Assembly (NCBI GenBank): GCA_965219415.1 | Contig: CBDCNP010000002.1 | Coordinates: forward strand, 5,344,001 to 5,408,000 | Direction of reading: 5' to 3' | Length of the DNA stretch: 64,000 nt | From: Candidatus Marinacidobacterales bacterium | Lineage (GTDB): Bacteria; Acidobacteriota; Vicinamibacteria; Marinacidobacterales; DATDRI01 | In this document: positions 41,053 to 50,538 of the stretch, piece after piece | Position numbering within the stretch: position 1 is the stretch's first letter | How the letters are laid out: every line of letters begins with the position of its first letter | Made by a program: the position numbers and the translations under genes | The notes under the pieces: generated by a model | What the model was told of the DNA's origin: nothing | The model's database searches: none | Seen by the model: only the letters and a program-made list of their open reading frames with translations

Positions 41053-41146
41053 TGTGCTCCGCAAAAAGTCTATCCAGTGTTGATTGCGCGTTTTAGACCT
41101 ACCATGGTCGGCTGCTTCTGGCCGGTTTTCTTTTTTGCGGATCACA
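41053..41146. mobile_element. 94-bp mini-element with TGTG(C/A)TCCGCAAAAA inverted ends
   Basis: TGTGCTCCGCAAAAAG ... TTTTTTGCGGATCACA. Its first 66 bp recur at 43276-43341 with 6 mismatches. Confidence 0.7.
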
Positions 41147-41166
41147 GCGCGCCTGGAGCATACGTT

Positions 41167-43089
41167 TTGAAGCGAGCGGCGATCGGTGGCAGTTTCGTAG
41201 CCGTCATGCTGTCCGGTGGCGGCGCGTATGCCCAGCCTGACGCTCCGATCTTTACATGGGCCGGACAGGTTGAGGTGTCGACCCCCGTTCTGACGATTAA
41301 CGAGGGCGAATTGGCCAGCTACTGGCTACGGCTCACCGAGCAACCAACGGCAGACGGGTGGTGGGTCCGGGTGCAGGTCGATGGCGTCGTGTACATCGAT
41401 GGCATGCTGGAAGACAAGGGGATCACCTGGGTACCGTCGGTCGGATGGGAGTTTGCCCCGAGCGGCGAAGGTCCAACACCATGGCGACGGGTATCGATAC
41501 ACGCGCTGCCAGATGATGACGATCAAAACGAGGTAGTGACATTTACGCACGACGTATGGGACGAGCGCTCGAATTGCCCGCCATCCCTACACGGTGTTGC
41601 TTCGGTGACGGTGCGGATCATCGATGACAACCGGCCAGAGCCAGAACCAGAGCCAGAACCAGAACCAGAACCTAAACCGGAGCCCGAGCCCGAACCGGAG
41701 CCCGAGCCCGAACCGGAGCCCGAGCCCGAGCCCGAACCGGAGCCCGAACCGGAGCCCGAGCCCGAACCGGAGCCCGAGCCCGAACCGGAGCCCGAGCCCG
41801 AACCGGAGCCCGAACCGGAGCCCGAGCCCGAACCGGAGCCCGAGCCCGAACCGGAGCCCGAGCCCGAACCGGGGCCGGAACCCGAGAAAAAGCCTGTGAT
41901 GGTCGAGCGCGTCGTCCTGCCAGAGCTCGGGAGGGCGCTGGCGTTCGCCGCCAACTGTCGGATCGAACAGGCGATATCAAGATATGAGAAGCAAGCAGTT
42001 GGTCTTTCGTTCTCTCCGGCGCTGACCACCCCTGCACATGGCGTGACATCGCTGCCAGTCAAGCAGGCGCTTGACGACTCACTACTTCTCGTCACATCGA
42101 CAGACGACGGGGATGGTGTCGGGCGCTTGGCGGCGTGGGGCTGCGGTAACTACAATTACGTGGGCGGTAGCCGTAACGTCGCTTGGAGCGGTGACGTATT
42201 CACCGCACATGCCGGAGCCGACGTGCAGTTGGGCTCCACTGTTTTAGCGGGATTGTCTGTCTCTCGATCGATGGGCTCGTTCGATTACGATGCGGGCAAC
42301 ATAAGCGGCGACTACGAGCTACGAATGACCGGCGTTCATCCATACTTGGTTTGGTCCGTCTCGAGCTTGAACGTGTGGGCCACAGTCGGTCACGGACGGG
42401 GAGAGTTGCGATTCGTGGACAACGTACGCCCCACGACGCTGAACTCGAGCATGGTTGGCGTGAGCGGCCGGTTGCTGGCGCGGGAGGGGACACGTGTGCA
42501 AGTGGCGGGAGAATGGGCCATGGCACGAATGGACGTTGCGGGTGTTGAGTCAGGGACGGCGAATATGCGGCGGGTCAGACTCAGGCTTGAGGCCAGCCAT
42601 ACGTACGTGTTGTCCTCCGGTCAGTCAATTACTCCGTGGGGAGAGCTGGGCCTGAGACATGATGGCGGCGACGGCGAAACCGGATTCGGCCTGGAAGTCG
42701 GCGGCGGATTGCGCTACCAGCACCCTGCGGGGTTGATCGCAGAAGGACGTGCCAGGCGGTTGGCCGTGCACGAAGGTACGATCCAGGAGTGGGGGGTCGG
42801 CGTGTTGCTGCGTTTCGATCCCGGTATGGTTGGGCGCGGCCTGTCGGTGAGTCTGGCGCCCTCGTGGGGTGAGACCGTGAGTGGCGTGCAGCATGTGTGG
42901 GAGCATGGCGCAACCGACTTGGTACCGCAGGACGTATTGGGCATGCGTATGGATACGCGTGTCGGATACGGCTTGCGCGCCTTTCGCGGTCGTGTCGTGC
43001 TTAGCCCTGAGATGAGTCTTGCTCGCGGGATAGTACATGGCTACCGATGGTCGTTCGTGGCGATGATGCACGGTACGATACAGTTTTAA
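41167..43089 (+). CDS. Autotransporter-like surface protein: small Calx-beta/Ig-like passenger, (Pro-Glu)n stalk, beta-barrel
   Basis: TTG start with GGAG RBS, signal peptide ...GGGAYA|Q, LTINEG...[11 protein letters not shown] tract, barrel motifs AHAGAD and [25 protein letters not shown], terminal F. Confidence 0.85.
   Translation: MKRAAIGGSFVAVMLSGGGAYAQPDAPIFTWAGQVEVSTPVLTINEGELASYWLRLTEQPTADGWWVRVQVDGVVYIDGMLEDKGITWVPSVGWEFAPSGEGPTPWRRVSIHALPDDDDQNEVVTFTHDVWDERSNCPPSLHGVASVTVRIIDDNRPEPEPEPEPEPEPKPEPEPEPEPEPEPEPEPEPEPEPEPEPEPEPEPEPEPEPEPEPEPEPEPEPEPEPEPEPEPEPEPGPEPEKKPVMVERVVLPELGRALAFAANCRIEQAISRYEKQAVGLSFSPALTTPAHGVTSLPVKQALDDSLLLVTSTDDGDGVGRLAAWGCGNYNYVGGSRNVAWSGDVFTAHAGADVQLGSTVLAGLSVSRSMGSFDYDAGNISGDYELRMTGVHPYLVWSVSSLNVWATVGHGRGELRFVDNVRPTTLNSSMVGVSGRLLAREGTRVQVAGEWAMARMDVAGVESGTANMRRVRLRLEASHTYVLSSGQSITPWGELGLRHDGGDGETGFGLEVGGGLRYQHPAGLIAEGRARRLAVHEGTIQEWGVGVLLRFDPGMVGRGLSVSLAPSWGETVSGVQHVWEHGATDLVPQDVLGMRMDTRVGYGLRAFRGRVVLSPEMSLARGIVHGYRWSFVAMMHGTIQF
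41635..41886 (+). repeat. Coding tandem repeat of 42 Pro-X dipeptides (mostly PE)
   Basis: 6-bp CCNGAR units with a higher-order 18-bp unit CCGGAGCCCGAGCCCGAA. Confidence 0.97.
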
Positions 43090-43419
43090 ACGCGGTAGGG
43101 TCGAGGGCTGGCGCGGTGCTCCGTAGGCGCGGCCTATCTGTTTCTCCCCGTTTCCTGTGGGAGTTGTGCTCCGCAAAAAAGAAGATCGCGTATTGACGGG
43201 CAGGCAGCCATGGGAGTTGAGGTCATGCGAACTCGTGTTCGCCTCGGTGGAGATTCTGCACTCTGTCGCTGCCGGTGTGCTCCGCAAAAAGTCGATCCGG
43301 CGTTGATTGCGCGGTTTAGACCTGCCATGCTCGGCTGCTTCGTGCCGGTCGACCCGACGACGCCACCGGCTTCTTAGGAACGTTGAGAGGTTCGCTCGTG
43401 CGACCGTTTTCGAATATCC

Positions 43420-43735
43420 CGTCCTGTGCCAAAACTCGGCCCTTTTGAAATAGGCCATAAATCAGCAGCTTAGAGTCTGTGTTTGCGACCGGGCCAAGGG
43501 CCGTAGGCTTTACAATCGTCTGGCCCGAGGGTGTTATCTTCAGCTCCATGATGACGTACCACGCGCAATTCCTACTGTTGGTCAGGCAACCGTTGTTCGA
43601 TCGGGCAGCCCTGCCGCTCACACAGACCTCATGGGTGCTTCCGCCATTAAGTGTTGGTAAAATGACACTAAGACTTTACGGTGCATTAAATTACAGCCAT
43701 GGTCTTTCAAAAGGGCCGAGTTTTGGCACAGGACG
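43420..43735. mobile_element. 316-bp non-autonomous derivative of the rve element at 62.7-63.9 kb
   Basis: Perfect 31-bp inverted repeats CGTCCTGTGCCAAAACTCGGCCCTTTTGAAA. 43420-43577 matches the reverse complement of 63730-63887 with 4 mismatches. Confidence 0.85.
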
Positions 43736-44995
43736 AGGTCGAGCGCGGCTCACTCAAGGGAAGCCGATACGTCAGCTCGGACAGAACCAATCCGGCGTAG
43801 GCCGCGCCTTGAGCACTCGCCTCTAGATTCTTATCTGCCCAAGAGCGGACAAAACTCAGGTAGCGTTCGTCTCTCGTCTTGTCGAAGGCCGAGAGCATTC
43901 CCCAGAGCAGCATGGCGGTGCTGGGGCCGCCCTTGAGCGAATCCAGTTTGGCGGCTCGACTCTCGAGTACTCCATCGGCGAGATCCCGAACGACGTCGCG
44001 GTTCGCTCTCCGATAGATCTCGGTCGCTTGCTCGGCGATCTCGGTTTTCGCTTCTTTCCGATTGAGCCTGAGATGCTTGACCAGACTGTCTTTCAGGACC
44101 GCCCCGTGGGCCAAAGGGGTCTGAAAACCTAAAAGCTCGCCGACCGTGGGGGCGATGTCTCTTTGATAGGCGACGCGATCGACGACCGCGCCTTTTTTGA
44201 TGTCTGGACCCACAACGAACAGCATGATGTGACGGCATCCTTCGCAATCGTCGCCGTGCTCGGCGAATCCTTCCCTTATTCCGTCCTTGTGATAACCGTG
44301 ATCGTTCGTGAGGAAGAGCGTCGTCTTGTCGCGGTAGTGCGGATCTCCCTGAATCTTCCCCCAGAGTTTCACCAGGAGCTCGTCCTGGGCCCGAATCGCC
44401 TTCACGTGCCTTCCCATACGCCGCTGTGGGCCAGGTGGTCGGTAGCACCGAAATTGGCGAAGATGATCCGAGGCTTGTCCGTTTCCATCGCGCGTACCAC
44501 CTTCTCGAAGACCTCCCGATCGTTCTGCAAGGTGCTCTCACCGATCCCGATCTCCGAACTGGGCCTGTACTTGTCCAGGTACCCGGGGAAAGAAGTCGTG
44601 GGATCGTACGAGTAGGGCCCCTTCCCGAATATGACCCAGGCTTTCTCCCTTGTGAGTCCTTGCTCGTCCGCCATGTAGTCGAAGAGGGTGCAGCGGGGGC
44701 CACGGTTGCGCATCTTCTGCCAGGTACCGGTGGTGATCGTCGAGTGGCCGGCCTTGGTAATCGTCACATCATCGTTGTAGAAGTTCGTGTAGAGCGTCCC
44801 TTGCGGGCGGAGCTCGTTCCACAGTCGCGATATGAATCGATGCTCGGGATCACCGTAAGAAACGTCCCAGCTCGTGCCGCCCATGATGGCAATGACAACG
44901 TTCTCCGTCTGGGATCTTTCCTGAGCATCGGAGTTCGCCGAAAGATTGCTGAGCCAGAAGATAAGAATTCCGATCCAAGCAATTGTTCGTTGCAA
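43736..44995 (-). pseudogene. Exported alkaline-phosphatase/sulfatase-superfamily protein, frameshifted near 44412 and 3'-truncated at the element end
   Basis: ENVVIAIMGG, GHSTITTG, ATDHLAH, FLTNDHG, DIAPTV. The C-terminal helical domain stops at 43736. Confidence 0.75.
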
Positions 44996-45028
44996 GAGTT
45001 AGACCTCCTTGCGGCTAGTGCCCAAAGT

Positions 45029-48000
45029 CTATTGGCTGCTTGTCTCTTCCCTTCCCCTCTTTAGCGACCGGATGACTTTCTCGAACGCGGGAATGCCTTT
45101 GGGTGGCTTCTGCCGAAGCTCCTCCATGATGACCTCCACCGCCTTTTCGAGCTGGGGATCCCGCGCCTCGAAGTCGTCCGCCGGGTAGACGTAGACTTCG
45201 AAGTCCGGTGTGTGGCCGCTGTTCTCGAGTACGTAGTCTCCATCCGGACTATAGGTGCCCAGGCCCGGTGCCCGCACGAACCCGCCATCCATGAGACGAG
45301 GCCCGCCGCCTCCTCCCATGACGCCGCCCCAGGTCCGTGTTCCCACCGTTTTTCCAAGCCCCCGTATCTGGAACTGATAGGGGTAGACATCGCCTCCCGA
45401 TCCGGCCTCGGCGTTGATGAGCATGACCTTGGGGCCATCGATCATCGAGAACGGAGACTTGAAGGGCCCGCCGTTTCGCGTCACATACCAATGCACCTGT
45501 TGCCGGTCCAAGATGTCGAGCTGGTAATCGGGATCGTCACCACCGTCGTTGAACCGCTCGTCGATGATGACCGCCACTCTGTCTGATTGCGGAAAAAAAT
45601 ACCGGTCGAACTCCCTAAGCGAAGCGTGGCCGGTATTGGGCTGATAGATGTAGGCGATCTGACCGGCCGAGAGCTCGTCGACCTTCTTCCGGCTGTCCTC
45701 GATCCAAGCCCGCCGGCGAAGGGCCCGTTCACTTTCGAGGGGAACCACCGTCACCAGACGGGATGTTTCAAGCCTCGGGTCCCGACCCACTCGCAGCATC
45801 ACCTCTTTGCCGGCGGTCTTCACGAAGAGCGAGTGGATGTTCGTCGGGTAACGAAGGTCGTGACCGTTGACTTCGAGAACATAATCGCCCTCCTTGACAT
45901 CCACCCCTGGAACGATGAGCGGGTTCCTTTCTTCACCGCGGTCCCAGTACGAGCCGGTGATGATTTTCTTGATGCGATATCGCTCGTTCACGACTTCGTA
46001 GTCGGCGCCCAGAAGTCCACCGGGAACTCGATCCACCTTGGGCATATCGCCCCCACCCACGCGGATGTGACTGTTGACGAGCTCCCCCACCATCTGACCA
46101 AGGACGTAGTTCAGATCGGATCGGTAACGAACGTCCGAGAGATAGGCTTCGTAACGGACGCGCATCGCTTCCCAGTCGACCCCATGCATATCCTCGTCAT
46201 AGAAGAAATCCCTCTCGATCCGCCAACCTTCCAGAAACATCTGCTTCCATTCCGCTCTGGGATCGATCGAGATCGCCATACCGGAGAGGTCCAACTTCCC
46301 TGCCCCCGCTTCCGGGCTCCCCGCGGCCGGCACGATCCCCCAATCCTCTCCCGCCAAATAGAGCACCGTCTCACCTTCCGCGGAGGGAGCATAGGCTCTG
46401 ACGTTAGTGAGGAAATCGCTCGCCTCGCCCTGTCCCATATCGAAGCGGCGCAGCTTCGGTTTACCCCCGAAAGTTCTTTCCGAGGGCTCTTCTCGAAAGA
46501 AGAGCGTCCCATCGGCAGCGGTCTTGATGTTCGAGTACCGACCCGGCGGCAGCGGCAATCGAACGATCCGCCCCTCGATGCCGCTCCCATCGATGCGGAA
46601 AGGTGTCTCCTCCATTTCGGATCCCTGATCACCCGCCGAGCCTCCTGGCGCGAAGGGATTCGCTACGTCCTTGCGCAGAAGAACAGCGAAGATTTCCCAC
46701 GTGACCTCGTTCTGATGCGCCACCGTCGAGAGATCGAGACCGGTGTTGACCTGACCGACATCCGTGCTTCCGAGAAAAAAGAGGTACTTTCCATCGTGGC
46801 TGAACGCCGGCGAGTAAGCGTCCCCCATACCATCGGTCACGGACGTGGTTTCGTCGGGTTCGAGCGAATGGAGCTTCAAGCTCCGGAAGAGCGTCGAATG
46901 CATATCCCCATAGGCCAGCCAACGGCTGTCTGGAGACCACACATAAATATCGCTGCACCCGGTACGGCAATCGATTCGCGTCTGTTTCCGGGTCGTGATG
47001 TCGACATACCATAATCTTCTCGTCTTGTCGGCGTAGGCTATTTTCTGACTATCGGGCGACCACACCGGCCCCGAGAAGAATCCTTGCCCTCCTAAGCCAA
47101 TCTTCGTGATGGGGCCAGCACCGGATGGATCCGCAACATGGAGGGCATACTCGCCTTCGACATCCGAGAAATAGGCGATGGACTTCCCATCCGGCGACCA
47201 GGCGGGATCTCGCTCTGCGGAGCCCGGTGCCCGTGTCAGGTTTCGGATTTTGCCGGTTTCCGCCGAGACGATGAGCAGATCTCCGTGTGCTTCGAACACC
47301 ACGCGCGATCCGTCGGGAGAAATGTCTCCCGACCTTATCTCTTCAGAAACGTTCTTATGACGGGGCGCGGTCTGGACTCGGTCGTCGCGCACGCTCACCG
47401 AAATTTTCTGGGCACTCTGGCCTGCGATGTCGTAGACGAACAGGTACCCGCCGCTGGAGTAGACCAGACTGGCCTCGGCTCCCGACAAAGAGTCGATATC
47501 GGTAATACCGTTGTTGGCCCGTTCCTCGACCGCGCCGGTTTTGGTGTCGAAACGGAAGAGGCTCATGACGTCGTTCCTATCGGACAAAAAGAAGACCGAA
47601 TCGCCCAGCCACACCGGGAAAGTATCGCTCGCGTTTTCGTGTGGGATCTCCACGTGTGAGTAATCTTCCAGATCGACCAACCATATCGGCGTCGTTTCCC
47701 CCCCGCGATAGCGCTTCCAGGTAAGGAATGCGTTCCGGTTGGGCGTAAACGCAAGTTTCTTTCCGTCCGGCGAAAAAGCACCCATGAAGGCCTTGTGCAT
47801 GGGAAACGACTCCGGATAGCCGCCTTCGACGTCGATGGTCAAGAGCTGCGATCGACGGTGATTGCTATACCGCGCGGAGCTGAAAAGGATTTTGGAGCCG
47901 TCGGGCGACCAGCCCTGGACACGATCGTCCCCCGGGTGGTAGGTGATGCGTCGCGGCGGGCCTCCTCGGGATGAGATGACGAAGACGTCCATATTGCCGC

Positions 48001-48250
48001 CGTACTCGCCTGAAAAAGCGACCCACGCGCCGTCCGGTGAGAACTTGGGTTGGGACTCGACACCCGGGTGGGAAGTCAGGCGGGCCGCCTTGCCGCCGCT
48101 TCTCGGCACCGTCCACAGGTCGCTCCCGTACACGAAGACGATCCTTTCGGCGTCGATATCCGGTTGGTGCAAGAAGCGAGTGTCCTCGGCGAACGCAGCC
48201 GAAACGGTGCCGAACAGAAACGATGCGAGCCACAGACATGTCCCCTTCAT
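45029..48250 (-). CDS. Tricorn protease homolog (S41 family, beta-propellers + PDZ)
   Basis: PKFSPDG, WKRYRGG, GELVNSH, GLLGADY, IDERFNDGG, GSGGD, GTRTWGG, DPQLEKAV. Confidence 0.96.
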   Translation of the reverse strand: MKGTCLWLASFLFGTVSAAFAEDTRFLHQPDIDAERIVFVYGSDLWTVPRSGGKAARLTSHPGVESQPKFSPDGAWVAFSGEYGGNMDVFVISSRGGPPRRITYHPGDDRVQGWSPDGSKILFSSARYSNHRRSQLLTIDVEGGYPESFPMHKAFMGAFSPDGKKLAFTPNRNAFLTWKRYRGGETTPIWLVDLEDYSHVEIPHENASDTFPVWLGDSVFFLSDRNDVMSLFRFDTKTGAVEERANNGITDIDSLSGAEASLVYSSGGYLFVYDIAGQSAQKISVSVRDDRVQTAPRHKNVSEEIRSGDISPDGSRVVFEAHGDLLIVSAETGKIRNLTRAPGSAERDPAWSPDGKSIAYFSDVEGEYALHVADPSGAGPITKIGLGGQGFFSGPVWSPDSQKIAYADKTRRLWYVDITTRKQTRIDCRTGCSDIYVWSPDSRWLAYGDMHSTLFRSLKLHSLEPDETTSVTDGMGDAYSPAFSHDGKYLFFLGSTDVGQVNTGLDLSTVAHQNEVTWEIFAVLLRKDVANPFAPGGSAGDQGSEMEETPFRIDGSGIEGRIVRLPLPPGRYSNIKTAADGTLFFREEPSERTFGGKPKLRRFDMGQGEASDFLTNVRAYAPSAEGETVLYLAGEDWGIVPAAGSPEAGAGKLDLSGMAISIDPRAEWKQMFLEGWRIERDFFYDEDMHGVDWEAMRVRYEAYLSDVRYRSDLNYVLGQMVGELVNSHIRVGGGDMPKVDRVPGGLLGADYEVVNERYRIKKIITGSYWDRGEERNPLIVPGVDVKEGDYVLEVNGHDLRYPTNIHSLFVKTAGKEVMLRVGRDPRLETSRLVTVVPLESERALRRRAWIEDSRKKVDELSAGQIAYIYQPNTGHASLREFDRYFFPQSDRVAVIIDERFNDGGDDPDYQLDILDRQQVHWYVTRNGGPFKSPFSMIDGPKVMLINAEAGSGGDVYPYQFQIRGLGKTVGTRTWGGVMGGGGGPRLMDGGFVRAPGLGTYSPDGDYVLENSGHTPDFEVYVYPADDFEARDPQLEKAVEVIMEELRQKPPKGIPAFEKVIRSLKRGREETSSQ

Positions 48251-48294
48251 AACATCCCCTTCTGTCTCTTCGTAGTTACGGTGGATCGCCGTCG

Positions 48295-50454
48295 CTACCG
48301 GTGTGAAGTAGCGCTTCTAGCAGCCGAGGCGATTTCGTCGAGGCGGTCCTTCGCCGCTTGGAAATCGGGCTTCAGCTCGAGCGCTCGCCGAAACTGCCGG
48401 GCCGCCTCGTCGTGGCGACCGCTGCGAAACAAAACGAGGCCCAGGTTGTAGACGTAAAGATGGTTACTTGGATTGCGCTCGATCGCATGGCGAAACGCGA
48501 TAGCCGACTCCTCCCAATGGCTAGCGGCGCCCAGGATTGTCGCTAGAGAGTTCCAGTACTCGGCCGGCGCGGGGTCGAGGTTGACGGCGAGGCGAAGCTG
48601 CTGGGCCGCCTCTTCGAGGTTGTGCTTGTCCCGATAGACCTCACCGATTCGGACACGGAGGAGCGCCTCTTGACGGGGCAGTCCGGGATCGTCGGGCACT
48701 GCGCGCCGTCCCTGCTGCAAGATCCCGAGCGCGCCTTCGATGTCGCGACGTGCGGCATAGCAGTCCGCCAGGGAGCCGTAGACTTCCGCGGCATGGGGCT
48801 GCAACCGCTGGGCCGCCTCGAGGTGCGGTTGCGCGTCAGAGAAACGCGAAAGCTCCAAGAGCGCCCGCCCCATGTAGTAGTGGACCTCATAGCTCTGGAT
48901 CCCGCGCGCGAGGAGACGCTCGAAGAGCTCGACGCTCTCATGAGGATCTCCAGCCTGCAGGCGCACGAGGGCGTCGCGGATCAGGCGGTTGGCTAAACGG
49001 AACTCTTCGACCTTGTCCTTGGGATCGGCGCCGGGGTTGCTGCCGCCACCGCCGGCGCCGAGATAGCCGAGCGCTCCCAGTTGTCGGCGGACCTCCTCGC
49101 TCGGCACCGATTCGGCCGGATCGGTCGAGGGAGCCATACCTTCGAGGCGGTCGATTTCCCGCAGCAACGCCTCGCGCATCGTCTTGGCCTGAGCCTTCTT
49201 TTCACCTACGAGATTGTGCAGCTCGCCGGGATCCGCAACGAGATCGTATAGCTCCGGGCGCGGAGCTTCGATGAACTTAAAGCGTCCCTCCCGAAGCGTG
49301 CGAAGCTCGCTCCAGCCGAAGTGGAGCCGCGGAATCAGGCTCTCGGCGTAAATGGCTTCCTCCGCGAGCGGCTCGATGCCCCGAAAAGCCGAAGCCACGT
49401 TTCGGCCAGAGACATCGGGAACCACAGCAACCCCCAAGAAGTCGAGGACGGTGGGAAAGAGATCCGATATCTGGACCGCCGCCTCGATTCGATTCCCCGC
49501 ACGAACGCCCGGTCCGCGGACGATGAGAGGCACTTGGAGCGTGGTCTGGTAGACGAAGAAGCCGTGCAGCGACTCCTCGTGATCGCCCAGCCCCTCGCCA
49601 TGGTCGGACGTGACGACCAGAAGCGTGTCCTGCAAAAGGTCGAGTCGCTCTAAAGTGGCGTACAGCCGGCCCATGAGCGCGTCGGACCACGCCACCTCAC
49701 CGTCGTAGGGTCGTCCCGCGTAACGCGAGGCAAAGGGCTCGGGCGGCTCGTAAGGCTCATGCGGGTCGTAGACGTGAATCCAAGCGAAGAATGGTCGCGT
49801 CGGGTCGCGTTTATCGAGCCATTCTTCGGCCTGTTGGAGTGTCTGATCGCCCCGCCTCTGGACCGAGTTTAGGAAACGAACGTCACCGACCACCTCGAAG
49901 TCGTCTTCGTAAGTTTCGAACCCTCGACCCAAGCTGGTGCGAGCCGAGACCACGACCGCCGAGACGAAGGCCGCAGTCTCAAAGCCGGCTTGCTTCAGGA
50001 TCTCGGCCAGAGTCGGCTGCGATTCTGGAAGCGGCGGGGCGAAGTTGTCCCGTAGCCCGTGCTCCGGGGGAAGGCGGCCGGTCATGAGCGACGCGTGCGA
50101 GGGCAGTGTGAGAGGAACCGGCGCGCTGGCCTGAAGCGCCATCGCTCCTTCGGAGGCGATCCTGTCAAGGTGCGGAGTTTCGACGGACGGGCTTCCATAG
50201 CAGCCGAGGCGATCCGCTCGCAGTGTGTCGATGGTAACCAGGACGAGGTTGCGGGCGGTCTCCATGGATGCCGCCGCTTCTGGCGTTGGCTCTGGGCCAG
50301 AACAGCTTGCACAGCTTGCGGCGGCGAGGCTTACAGCGACGAGCGCCACCCACCGCCTGGCGGCGCCTGCGAATCGGCAGGAATTGCAGCCTTTCATAAG
50401 GGGGCCGCACCCAACATTAATAAGCTGCGCTATCAACGCGGTCCTATATATCAA
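48295..50454 (-). CDS. Sulfatase-like hydrolase with C-terminal TPRs (start uncertain)
   Basis: LVTIDTLRAD, TLPSHASLMTG, YDPH, SDHGE, ELYDLVADPGE, LGALGY, then TPRs. Confidence 0.9.
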   Translation of the reverse strand: MIYRTALIAQLINVGCGPLMKGCNSCRFAGAARRWVALVAVSLAAASCASCSGPEPTPEAAASMETARNLVLVTIDTLRADRLGCYGSPSVETPHLDRIASEGAMALQASAPVPLTLPSHASLMTGRLPPEHGLRDNFAPPLPESQPTLAEILKQAGFETAAFVSAVVVSARTSLGRGFETYEDDFEVVGDVRFLNSVQRRGDQTLQQAEEWLDKRDPTRPFFAWIHVYDPHEPYEPPEPFASRYAGRPYDGEVAWSDALMGRLYATLERLDLLQDTLLVVTSDHGEGLGDHEESLHGFFVYQTTLQVPLIVRGPGVRAGNRIEAAVQISDLFPTVLDFLGVAVVPDVSGRNVASAFRGIEPLAEEAIYAESLIPRLHFGWSELRTLREGRFKFIEAPRPELYDLVADPGELHNLVGEKKAQAKTMREALLREIDRLEGMAPSTDPAESVPSEEVRRQLGALGYLGAGGGGSNPGADPKDKVEEFRLANRLIRDALVRLQAGDPHESVELFERLLARGIQSYEVHYYMGRALLELSRFSDAQPHLEAAQRLQPHAAEVYGSLADCYAARRDIEGALGILQQGRRAVPDDPGLPRQEALLRVRIGEVYRDKHNLEEAAQQLRLAVNLDPAPAEYWNSLATILGAASHWEESAIAFRHAIERNPSNHLYVYNLGLVLFRSGRHDEAARQFRRALELKPDFQAAKDRLDEIASAARSATSHR

Positions 50455-50458
50455 TTTG

Positions 50459-50487
50459 TTGACACGTTGAGCAAACCTACGTAGAAT
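50459..50487 (+). promoter_or_regulatory. Near-consensus sigma70 promoter
   Basis: TTGACA-17 bp-TAGAAT upstream of the 50539 gene. Confidence 0.8.
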
Positions 50488-50538
50488 CCCCCCTGCCGAG
50501 AGGGCGTCCCAGCCCTGTCTGAGGGGGCATTTGCGGTC

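Noticed and set aside
41523-42095. (GS)n, (RA)n and (SP)n ORFs
   Set aside because: Alternative-frame shadows of the PE repeat.
39817-43735. Integron cassette array
   Set aside because: No IntI tyrosine recombinase, and the junction motifs are not attC-like (RYYYAAC...GTTRRRY); one family matches the end of a DDE element.
43721-43745. Outward sigma54 promoter from TTGGCAC in the element ends
   Set aside because: No TTGC -12 element at the right spacing in any copy.
45587-47014. Long antisense ORFs (also 26247-27320 and 53321-54439)
   Set aside because: They lie opposite well-supported genes, are expected in GC-rich DNA, and show no motifs.
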